NCBI GenBank assembly: GCA_003221695.1
Contig: QHSX01000039.1
Span: 93,637 to 157,636 of the forward strand
Direction: 5' to 3'
Source: Candidatus Rokuibacteriota bacterium
GTDB taxonomy: Bacteria; Methylomirabilota; Methylomirabilia; Rokubacteriales; CSP1-6
Length of the DNA stretch: 64,000 bases
Shown here piece after piece: positions 19,314 through 27,433 of the stretch (positions are counted from its first letter, which is position 1; every line of letters begins with the position of its first letter). Made by a program: the position numbers and the translations under genes. A model generated the notes under the pieces. That model was not told where the DNA came from. It was given only the letters and a program-made list of their open reading frames with translations, and made no database searches.

Positions 19314-20367
19314 CCCGGATCACCGGCTCCGAAACAACCTCACCGATCTCCCAGCACTGCTCCCCGCGGCGGCGGAAGGCGTCCATCACGCCCCGCGCGC
19401 GAGCAGGCGCGACCGAGAAGAGGAGGCCGCCCGACGTCTCCGATTCCGTGAGCAGCGAAACGAGCGGCGCCGGGATCGACGGATCGATGCGCAGGCCCTC
19501 GCCGAAGACGGTGTCGACGTGCCGGCGATTACGCTTCATTCCGCCGCTCCAGTGGCCGGCCTCGGCGAGCTCGCGCGTGCCGGGAAGCAGGGGCAAGCGG
19601 GAGGCGCTGATCGCGATGCCGACGGCCGACGCCCTCACCATCTCACCGGCGTGACCGAGAAGACCGAAGCCCGTGATGTCGGTCGCTCCGCGGGCGCCGG
19701 CCTCGCGCGCGACCTCCGCCGCCACACGATTCAGCCTGAGCATGCTCGCGACGGCGCCCTGGAGCACCGCCAGGCTCGCGGCATTGTCCTTCGCGGCGGT
19801 CGTGATCACGCCAGTCCCCAGCGGCTTCGACAGGAAGAGCCGGTCGCCCGACCGGAGGCCGCCCTTGATGAGGATGCGGTCGGGGTGGACGCGTCCGGTC
19901 ACGCAGAGACCGTACTTGGGCTCGGCGTCGACGACCGTGTGCCCCCCCGCGATCACGCCGCCCGCCTCCGCGACCTTGTCACTGCCTCCCCGGAACACCT
20001 CCGCGATGATCGCCTTTGACATGTCGCGCGGGAAGCCCGCGACCGCGAGGGCGAACAGCACCTCGCCGCCCATGGCGAAGACATCGGACATGGAGTTCGT
20101 GGCCGAGATCGCGCCCCAGGTCCACGGGTCGTCGACCACCGGCGGGAAGAAGTCCACCGTCGCGACGATCGCCACGTCGGCGGTGATGCGGTAGACCGCG
20201 GCGTCGTCGGCCGCCCCCAGACCGACGAGCAGGTCCGGCTGCGCGCGACCCAGGGGCTTGAGCGCCTCGAGCACCTCCTGGAGATCTCCAGGAGCCATCT
20301 TGGACGCTCAGCCGGCGCAGGTGGCGTACGAGGTGAGTCGGACCTCCGTATGGGTGTGACTGGTCAT
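19303..20367 (-). CDS. selD: Selenophosphate synthetase SelD, selenocysteine-containing (UGA at 20308-20310)
   Basis: Extending the track ORF upstream through an in-frame TGA gives MTSHTHTEVRLTSYATCAG-U-ASKMAPGDLQEV..., collinear with E. coli SelD [21 protein letters not shown], with Sec at the Cys17 position; the rest of the protein has SelD/AIR-synthase-like motifs (DAAVY, DFFPP, NSMSDVFAMGG). Confidence 0.85.
20274..20293 (-). promoter_or_regulatory. Candidate SECIS hairpin in selD
   Basis: Perfect palindrome CUCCUGGA-GAUC-UCCAGGAG (8-bp stem) starting 14 nt after the UGA. Confidence 0.5.
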
Positions 20368-20374
20368 CGCGGTC

Positions 20375-21280
20375 TTAAGACGGCTCCGCCGGGGACTCCG
20401 ATTCGACGAACTGGACGAAGGCCTGGGCGAGCGGTGAGCGGCTCCGGTCGCGGTGGGTGACGAGATAGAACGCGCGCCCGACGCGCAGGTCGTGCACCCG
20501 GAGACAGAAGAGGAGCCCCGCGCGGCACTCGTCCTCCACGGCCCGCTTCGAGACGAGCGCGATCCCGACGCCCGCGCGCACGCCCTGCTTGATCGCCTGG
20601 GTCGAGCCCATCTCACCGACGACACGGAACGCCGACAGATCGGTGTCCGCCTGGTCGAGCGCCCGCTCGAGCGCCTCGCGCGAGCCCGAGCCCTGCTCGC
20701 GCACGATGAGGGGCTCGCGCCGAACGTCGGCGAGCGTCACGGTCTTGCGGTTGGTCCACGCGTGCCCCGCCGGGACGACGAGGACGAGCTCGTCGGCCAT
20801 CAACTCGCGCGCCAGCAGGGTCTTCGGACCGGGCGGCGCGCCGACGACGCCCACCTCGGCGCGTCCCGCCTCCACCCACTCGGTGACTTGGCGGCTCGAG
20901 CCGATCAGGAGGCAGATCGAGATGTCCGGATACTTGCCCTTGAACCGTCCGATCAGCGCGGGCAGCACGTACTCGCCCGGGATCGTGGAGCCGCCGACGA
21001 TGAGCTCGCCCGACATGCGTCCCTGGAACTGGTCGAGCGCCTGCTGCGCCTCGCGCTGGAGCGCGAGCATGCGGCGCGCGTAACCGAGCAAGAGCCGGCC
21101 CGCGTGGGTCGGCGTGGCGCCGCGGCCGAGCCGGTCGAGGAGCGGGACGCCGAGCTCGTCCTCGAGGGCGCGGACGTGTTCGGAGACGGTCGGCTGCGTC
21201 AGCGAGAGGGCGTCGGCGGCGCGGGAGAAGCTCCCCAACTCGGCCACCTTCGCGAACACCTCGAGGCGGCGAAGATCCAT
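20375..21280 (-). CDS. LysR-family transcriptional regulator
   Basis: N-terminal HTH (LEVFAKVAELGSFSRAADALSLTQPTVS) and LysR substrate-binding domain; 301 aa; stop lies 7 nt upstream of the selD start. Confidence 0.85.
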   Translation of the reverse strand: MDLRRLEVFAKVAELGSFSRAADALSLTQPTVSEHVRALEDELGVPLLDRLGRGATPTHAGRLLLGYARRMLALQREAQQALDQFQGRMSGELIVGGSTIPGEYVLPALIGRFKGKYPDISICLLIGSSRQVTEWVEAGRAEVGVVGAPPGPKTLLARELMADELVLVVPAGHAWTNRKTVTLADVRREPLIVREQGSGSREALERALDQADTDLSAFRVVGEMGSTQAIKQGVRAGVGIALVSKRAVEDECRAGLLFCLRVHDLRVGRAFYLVTHRDRSRSPLAQAFVQFVESESPAEPS

Positions 21281-21308
21281 GGGGAGCCGGAAGGGGGGGA
21301 GGCTCGGG

Positions 21309-21521
21309 TCAGTGGCAGCCGCAGCCGCCGCCGCAGCAGCCGCCGGTCGACATGGTCGACGACGGCGTGAAGCTACCGGCGGCCCGGAGACCGAACACCG
21401 ACAGCTTGCGCGTCACATTCGGGCTCGCGCACGCCCGGCACGCGACGGCGGTCGCGTGCCCGGCGACGTACGTCTCGAACTCCTCTCGGCACTCGGTGCA
21501 GCGGTACTCGTAGATCGGCAT
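21309..21521 (-). CDS. FmdB-family zinc-ribbon protein
   Basis: MPIYEYRCTECREEFE...CRAC... and a Cys/Gly-rich tail; 70 aa. Confidence 0.7.
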   Translation of the reverse strand: MPIYEYRCTECREEFETYVAGHATAVACRACASPNVTRKLSVFGLRAAGSFTPSSTMSTGGCCGGGCGCH

Positions 21522-21524
21522 CTG

Positions 21525-21728
21525 CTACTCACCGCCGCGCTGGACGTAACTCTTGACGAACTCCTCGGCGTTCTCCTCGAGGATGTCGTCGATCTCGTCC
21601 AGGAGCTTGTCGATGTCTTCCTTGATCTTCTTGCCCTTCTTGGCGAGTTCCGGGCTGCCGGCAGCCCCGTCACCCCCCTCGGCGGGCTTGGTGGGCTTGG
21701 TCTCCTTCTTCTTCTGCTGCTCAGCCAT
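21525..21728 (-). CDS. pup: Prokaryotic ubiquitin-like protein Pup homolog (C-terminal GGE)
   Basis: 67 aa; disordered N-terminus; C-terminus KLLDEIDDILEENAEEFVKSYVQRGGE matches the Pup consensus (DDLLDEID.VLE.NAE.FV..YVQKGGQ/E). Confidence 0.75.
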   Translation of the reverse strand: MAEQQKKKETKPTKPAEGGDGAAGSPELAKKGKKIKEDIDKLLDEIDDILEENAEEFVKSYVQRGGE

Positions 21729-21775
21729 CGCGCCCTCCCTTGAGGCATTCTACCATCGTTCCCGGGCTTTCCCCG

Positions 21776-22912
21776 TCAACGACGGAAGTGTTTGCTGAGC
21801 GTCAAGGTCTGGTGCTGGTAGGAGGAGCCGAGGCCGGCTCCGTAGACCCGCTCCGGGCGGGATCGGAGCCGCTCGAATCCCACCTTGAACGAGGTCTGGC
21901 CGTCGTAGATCAGGAACGGCACCTCCCGCGCCCTCACTTCCATCACCACCTTCGTGCCCAGCACGCTCCCGTCGCCGAAGCCGAAGCCAGGGTCGAAGAA
22001 GCCCGCGTAGTGGGTGCGGATCTCTCCCGCACCCGCGTCGTAAACGACCATCTCCGCCGCGAATTCCGGCGGCACACGGATGCGCTCCTTGGACACGAGG
22101 ATGTAAAAACGGTTGGCTTCCAGAATATACGCGTCGCGGGCGGCCCACTTGATCGGCTCCCAGAATTCGGCCGGGTCGTAGTGGGCGAGCCGACCGAGGT
22201 CCACCGCCGGTGGGTTCGGCTGGGCGCGGTAGCCGATGATTGAGCCCGTCAGCCGTCCGGAGAGGTCGACGCCCATACACAGGCCGTCGTTGAAGGCCGC
22301 GCGCTCGACGGGGATCGGACGCCCGTCGTCGTCGTAGAGCAGCGGCGTCTCGCGGTACATCCGTGCCAGTTCGGCGTCGGTCACCGCGGTTTGCCCGGAG
22401 AGGAGACGGAGCTGATTGAGCGAGGCGCCCGCGTGCACACGGATCGGGAAGGACTGCGGCGAGACCTCGAGATAGAGCGGCCCTTGATACCCCGGGCGAA
22501 TCTCGTCGAAGCGCGGCGTCGCGTCGGTGATGACCCGTGTGAAGATGTCGAGGCGGCCCGTCGTGCTCTTGGGATTCGAGCGGCCCCTCACCCCTTCCGG
22601 GAGCGCCAGCGACTCGAGGAGTGGCACGAGGTAGACCGAGCCGCGCTGCAGCGTCGCGCCAGACTCGAGCGGCAACCGCTCGATGACCAGGTCGCTGTCG
22701 GTCGGGTCGTGCGTCTCGAGCCGGCTCTGGACCGTCTGCCGGAACGGCAGGAAGCTCGCGCGGAGCTGATACGCGCTCGGGCCGAGCCGGAGGTCGAGGC
22801 TCGCGGGCTGGTACTGGTCGTCGCCGATCGGCTGCTCCGCCTGGACCCACCCGTCGCGGACGGCGGCCCGAAGCTCGTGGTCGGGCAGGACGCCGCCGGG
22901 CACGTCGCTCAC
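21776..22912 (-). CDS. 2'-deoxycytidine 5'-triphosphate deaminase family protein (long form, PF06559-like)
   Basis: GTG start at 22912 (GTGA overlap with the thrB stop); GVLPDHEL...QPASLDLRLG...NPKSTTGRLDIFTRVI...GPLYLEVSP motifs; the N-terminal half of the track ORF is artefact. Confidence 0.7.
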   Translation of the reverse strand: MSDVPGGVLPDHELRAAVRDGWVQAEQPIGDDQYQPASLDLRLGPSAYQLRASFLPFRQTVQSRLETHDPTDSDLVIERLPLESGATLQRGSVYLVPLLESLALPEGVRGRSNPKSTTGRLDIFTRVITDATPRFDEIRPGYQGPLYLEVSPQSFPIRVHAGASLNQLRLLSGQTAVTDAELARMYRETPLLYDDDGRPIPVERAAFNDGLCMGVDLSGRLTGSIIGYRAQPNPPAVDLGRLAHYDPAEFWEPIKWAARDAYILEANRFYILVSKERIRVPPEFAAEMVVYDAGAGEIRTHYAGFFDPGFGFGDGSVLGTKVVMEVRAREVPFLIYDGQTSFKVGFERLRSRPERVYGAGLGSSYQHQTLTLSKHFRR

Positions 22913-23811
22913 CCTGTCACGCGGCTGAGGGCGCCCGACGTGTCCACGTCGAACGCGCGCGCGGCGCCGGGGATTCCCGCGCGGCGCAGCGCCGCCTCCA
23001 TCGCGGCCGCGACCGGCGCACCGTCGCCCGCGACCACGGCGAGAAGCGACGGTCCGGCGCCACTCAGGACGCAGCCGAGGGCCCCCGCGACGCGCGCCGC
23101 TTTGACGACGTCGGGCATCCACGGGAACAGCCGGAGCCGGTAGGGCTCGTGCAGCCGATCCTCGAGGGCCACGCCGAGCGCCTGTGGCGGCCCCACCCAC
23201 AGGCTCGCGAGGAGCAGGGCCACGCGCTGGAGGTTGAAGACCGCGTCCCCGTGGAGCACCGACGCCGGGAGGACGGCCCGTGCGTCGGCGGTGGCGTTGG
23301 TGACGTCCGGGATGAGGACGATCCAGCGCAGACCCGCGGGCACCGGGAGCGCAACCGCCGTCACCGTCGAGCCGCTCGCGCAGGCGACGGTGAGCCCGCC
23401 GAAGATCGCCGCGGCGACGTTGTCGGGATGCCCTTCGGCGCGCGCGGCGAGCGCGAGGAGGGCGTCTTTCGTGAAGGGCGCGCCGAGCAGGGCGTTGCCC
23501 GCCATGAGGCCGCTCACCCACGCCGCGGCGCTCGAGCCGAGCCCGCGCGCCGAGGGCACGCGGTTCGTACACGCGAGCGCGCACCCCCCGAACGGTCGCC
23601 CCGCTGCGTCGTAAGCGAGCTTCACGCCGCGCGCGACGAGGTTGTCGGCGCTCCGCGGCAGTCGTGCGGCGCCCTCGCCCTCGATCTCGACGCTCACCCC
23701 CTCGGCTTCGGCGGCGACGACCTCGTTGCGGAGTGTCCACGCCAGGCCGAGGGCGTCGAAGCCGGGGCCGAGGTTGGCGGACGTCGCGGGAACGCTGACG
23801 TGGACGCGCAC
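22909..23811 (-). CDS. thrB: Homoserine kinase (GHMP family)
   Basis: PATSANLGPGFDALGLA motif; 300 aa. Confidence 0.85.
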   Translation of the reverse strand: MRVHVSVPATSANLGPGFDALGLAWTLRNEVVAAEAEGVSVEIEGEGAARLPRSADNLVARGVKLAYDAAGRPFGGCALACTNRVPSARGLGSSAAAWVSGLMAGNALLGAPFTKDALLALAARAEGHPDNVAAAIFGGLTVACASGSTVTAVALPVPAGLRWIVLIPDVTNATADARAVLPASVLHGDAVFNLQRVALLLASLWVGPPQALGVALEDRLHEPYRLRLFPWMPDVVKAARVAGALGCVLSGAGPSLLAVVAGDGAPVAAAMEAALRRAGIPGAARAFDVDTSGALSRVTG

Positions 23812-23815
23812 GCGG

Positions 23816-24553
23816 CTAGAGCCGCTTCAGGAGCCAGTCGGGCGTGAGCGAGATGGTCCAGCTGTTGAGAACGACGTAGTAGTTGGTGACGACGAGCACG
23901 CCCACCACGACCAGGATCACACCCGCCACCCGCTCCACGACCGGGATGAACGCACGGTAGCGCTTGAAGAACTTCAAGAACGGGCCGAGCGCCGCGGCCG
24001 CGAGGAGGAACGGAACGCCGAGCCCCGCCGAGTATGCGGTCAGTAGACCGACGCCCCGTCCGACGTCGTTGGCCGTCGACGCGAGGGAGAGAATCGCGCC
24101 GAGGATGGGCCCGACACACGGCGTCCAACCAATCGCGAACGTGACACCGACCGCGAGGGAGCCGAGGTAACCGGCCGGCTTCTCCCGGAGCTGCCACTGC
24201 TGCGTGCGCCCGAGGATCCCGACTCGAAGCACGCCGACGATGTAGAGGCCGAAGACGACGATGAGGATCCCGCCGATCCGACGGATCCAGTCGCGATAGT
24301 CGAGCAGGACCTGGCCGATCGCGCTGAACGAGGCGCCCAGAGCGACGAAGACGACCGCGAACCCCACGACGAAGGCGAGCGCGTGACCGAGGATCCGCCA
24401 CCGCACCCGCCCCGAGACCTCTCCGGTGAGGTCGGCGACGGACATGCCCGTGATGAACGACAGGTACGACGGAAAAAGCGGCAGCACGCACGGCGACAGG
24501 AACGAGAAGAGCCCTGCGCTGAACGAGACGGCAACCCCGAGCGACTCGCCCAT
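23816..24553 (-). CDS. ccdA: Cytochrome c biogenesis thiol-disulfide transporter CcdA (DsbD family)
   Basis: 245 aa; two conserved Cys in TM regions (LSPCVLP, GWTPCVGP); real start MGESLGV inside the long track ORF. Confidence 0.8.
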   Translation of the reverse strand: MGESLGVAVSFSAGLFSFLSPCVLPLFPSYLSFITGMSVADLTGEVSGRVRWRILGHALAFVVGFAVVFVALGASFSAIGQVLLDYRDWIRRIGGILIVVFGLYIVGVLRVGILGRTQQWQLREKPAGYLGSLAVGVTFAIGWTPCVGPILGAILSLASTANDVGRGVGLLTAYSAGLGVPFLLAAAALGPFLKFFKRYRAFIPVVERVAGVILVVVGVLVVTNYYVVLNSWTISLTPDWLLKRL

Positions 24554-24555
24554 CG

Positions 24556-25218
24556 CTACCGCAACAGCCCTTCGATCAGCGAGTGGGACGCGTCGCTGTC
24601 CCACTCGCGCGGCCCGAGTGCGATCGCGGTGAGGTAGCCCTGCCGGTTCACGATGAAGCTCGACGGCACCGCACGCACGCCGTAGGCGTTCGCGAGATCC
24701 ATCCGCGGGTCGAGCCCCACCGGGAACGTGAGCTTGTGCTCCTCGAGGTAGGGCCTGACGTTCTTCGTGTCCACGTCGACCGACACGGCCACGAGCACGA
24801 AGCGCTGGCCTTTCTGCGCTTGCCAGAGGCGCTCCATCGCCGGCATCTCCTCGCGGCAGGGCGGGCACCAGGTCGCCCAGAAGTTGATGAACACGACCTT
24901 TCCGCGCTCCGCGGCGAGCCGGAGCTTGGCGCCCCCCACGAGCGGCAGCGTGAAGTCCTCGGCGAGCTTCGCGCGCGACGGCGCGATGAGGTCGAGCTCC
25001 TTCATCGCGTGGGCGACGCTGAGGACGCGCCCCTTGCGGGGCTTGAGCGCCACTGGCGCGGAGGCCGGGGCGTCCGCCGGCGCGTCCTCGGCGCGGCGCG
25101 CGACGACCGGACCCGACGTCACGACCTCCGGCGCCGGCCGCACCGCGACCGCGAGCATCGCACCGGCGACCGCCGCGGCGACGGCGATGACGACCGTCAG
25201 CGCCAGCTTCTGCGACAT
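24556..25218 (-). CDS. Thioredoxin-like thiol:disulfide oxidoreductase (TlpA/ResA family), membrane-anchored
   Basis: N-terminal TM helix; WCPPC active site; adjacent to ccdA. Confidence 0.8.
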   Translation of the reverse strand: MSQKLALTVVIAVAAAVAGAMLAVAVRPAPEVVTSGPVVARRAEDAPADAPASAPVALKPRKGRVLSVAHAMKELDLIAPSRAKLAEDFTLPLVGGAKLRLAAERGKVVFINFWATWCPPCREEMPAMERLWQAQKGQRFVLVAVSVDVDTKNVRPYLEEHKLTFPVGLDPRMDLANAYGVRAVPSSFIVNRQGYLTAIALGPREWDSDASHSLIEGLLR

Positions 25219-25320
25219 CCCCGCCCCGCAATGATGAGCATCGTCACGGTCCAGAACACCGAGAGTATACCCCCACATTCCGTGAACCTTCCGTCAACCC
25301 TTGCTATAGTAAGCGGCCCC

Positions 25321-26361
25321 ATGGCCCTCACGATCGTGGCCGACGATCTCACCGCCGCCTGCGACACGGGGACGCTGTTCGCGGGCCAGGCTCCCGTCCC
25401 CGTCACGGTCTGGCCCGCCGCGCCTGTCGCCGCGAAGGTCACCGTCGTGGACACGGAGTCGCGCCACATCGATCGCGCCGCCGCGGCCGCGCGCGTGAGG
25501 AGCGCCGCCGAGCGGCGGCCGGCGGCGACGTCGTGGTTCAAGAAGATCGACTCGACGCTCCGCGGCCACGTGGGCGCCGAGATCGCGGCTCTCCTCGACG
25601 CGACCGGCGCCCCGAGCGCCGTCGCCTGCCCCGCGTTCCCGTCCGAGGGCCGCGTCGTGCTCGATCGGTTGCTGCGGGTCGACGGGGCTGTGTCCGCGCA
25701 GGTCGTGGACGTGATCGGCGCCGGGAGCGACCGGCCGCTCGCGTGGGTCCCGCTCGCCGAGGTGCGCGCGGGCGCCGCGACCCTCGCCGCGCGTCTGGCG
25801 CGGCTGGCGGGAATGATCGCGGTGGTGGACGCCGAGACGGACGACGATCTCGACACGATCGTCGGCGCCGCGCTCACGCTCGAGCAGGTACCGCTCCTCG
25901 CCGGCGCCGCCGGCCTGGCACAGCCCCTCGCCGCGCGCCTCGGCCTCCGTGCCGGGCTCACGCCGCTGCCCGGCGGGCGGTGGTTGATCGTCGCGGGGAG
26001 CCTGCATCCCGCGACGCGGCGCCAGCTCGTCGAAGCGCGGCGCGCCGGCCTCCGCGTGCTCGCGACCACCGATGCGGCGGACTCCGACACGGGTGAGGCC
26101 GCTCGGACGCTCGCCCGGGAGGCCGCCTCTCTGCTGGCGAGCGAATCCTTCGATCTCATCGCCCTCATCGGGGGCGACACCGCCGTCGCATTCTATCGGA
26201 CGCTCGGCGCCACGCGCATCGACCTCGTCGGCGCCCCGCGCCCTGGACTGGCGTTCGGCTACATCCGAGCGCCCGGCCATCCCGTGCTGCCGGTGCTGAC
26301 CAAGGCCGGCGGCTTCGGCCCGCCCGCCCTGTTCGTCTCGCTCCAGAAGGAGGCGGCGTGA
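25321..26361 (+). CDS. Four-carbon acid sugar kinase family protein (OtnK/DUF1537-like)
   Basis: MALTIVADDLTAACD... N-terminus typical of the family; paired with pdxA2; ~347 aa. Confidence 0.65.
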   Translation: MALTIVADDLTAACDTGTLFAGQAPVPVTVWPAAPVAAKVTVVDTESRHIDRAAAAARVRSAAERRPAATSWFKKIDSTLRGHVGAEIAALLDATGAPSAVACPAFPSEGRVVLDRLLRVDGAVSAQVVDVIGAGSDRPLAWVPLAEVRAGAATLAARLARLAGMIAVVDAETDDDLDTIVGAALTLEQVPLLAGAAGLAQPLAARLGLRAGLTPLPGGRWLIVAGSLHPATRRQLVEARRAGLRVLATTDAADSDTGEAARTLAREAASLLASESFDLIALIGGDTAVAFYRTLGATRIDLVGAPRPGLAFGYIRAPGHPVLPVLTKAGGFGPPALFVSLQKEAA

Positions 26362-27383
26362 AGAACCCGATCCTCGGCGTGACGATGGGCGACCCCGCGG
26401 GCGTGGGGCCGGAGATCATCGTGCGCGCGGCTGCCGAGCCCGAGGTTCAGCGCGCGAGCCGGCCCGTCGTCATCGGTGCTGCGTCGACGCTGACGGAGGC
26501 GGCCGCGCTCGTCGGTTCGCCGCTCCGCCTGCACGGCGTCACACGCGTCGCGGACTGCCGCTGGCAGCCCGGGACCCTCGAGGTCCTCGACCTCGCCAAC
26601 GTGGACATGGCGACCGTGCCCCGCGGGCGGGTGAGCGCCGCCGCCGGACGCGCGGCGTACGCGTACATCGAGACGGCTGTGGACCTCGCGAAGGCCGGCG
26701 CGATCCACGGAATCGTCACCGCGCCGATCAACAAGGAAGCGCTCGCGGCGGCCGGCCTGACCCACTCGGGCCACACCGAGATCCTCGCGAGCCTGTCCGG
26801 CACGCGCGACTTCGCGATGCTCTTGATGGGCGACGAGCTCCGCGTGATCCACGTGACGACCCACGTCGCGCTCCGGCGCGTGCCGGAGCTGGTGACGCGC
26901 GATCGGGTCCTCCGGACCATCGAGCTCGCCCAGCGTACGCTCGAGGACCTCGGGATCCCGCGAGGCCGCATCGCCGTCGCCGGGCTCAACCCCCACGCGG
27001 GCGAAGACGGGCTGTTCGGCGACGAGGAGAAGACCGCGATCGAGCCGGCGATCGAGGCGGCGCGCGGGGCGGGCCTGAACGTCACGGGGCCCCTGCCCGC
27101 CGACACGCTCTTCTCCCGCGCCCGCGGCGGCGAATTCGAGATCGTCGTGGCCATGTATCACGACCAGGGGCACATCCCCGTGAAGACCCTCGGCTTCAAC
27201 TACGACGAGGCGACCAAGCGGTGGGTCGGGCTCTCCGGCGTCAACGTCACCGTGGGGCTACCATTCCTCCGCGTCTCCGTGGACCACGGCACGGCGTTCG
27301 ACCGCGCGTGGAAGGGCATCGCGAACCACGAGAGCATGGTCGAAGCGCTCGAGGTCGCCGTCCGCATGCTGAGCGCGCGGTGA
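26358..27383 (+). CDS. pdxA2: PdxA-family 4-hydroxythreonine-4-phosphate dehydrogenase-like (PdxA2)
   Basis: MGDPAGVGPEII...HSGHTEIL...GLNPHAGE motifs; 341 aa. Confidence 0.8.
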   Translation: MKNPILGVTMGDPAGVGPEIIVRAAAEPEVQRASRPVVIGAASTLTEAAALVGSPLRLHGVTRVADCRWQPGTLEVLDLANVDMATVPRGRVSAAAGRAAYAYIETAVDLAKAGAIHGIVTAPINKEALAAAGLTHSGHTEILASLSGTRDFAMLLMGDELRVIHVTTHVALRRVPELVTRDRVLRTIELAQRTLEDLGIPRGRIAVAGLNPHAGEDGLFGDEEKTAIEPAIEAARGAGLNVTGPLPADTLFSRARGGEFEIVVAMYHDQGHIPVKTLGFNYDEATKRWVGLSGVNVTVGLPFLRVSVDHGTAFDRAWKGIANHESMVEALEVAVRMLSAR

Positions 27384-27433
27384 GGCGCCCGGGACCTCTG
27401 CCAGGGTAGGGCCGAACGAGGAGGCCTCTCTCC

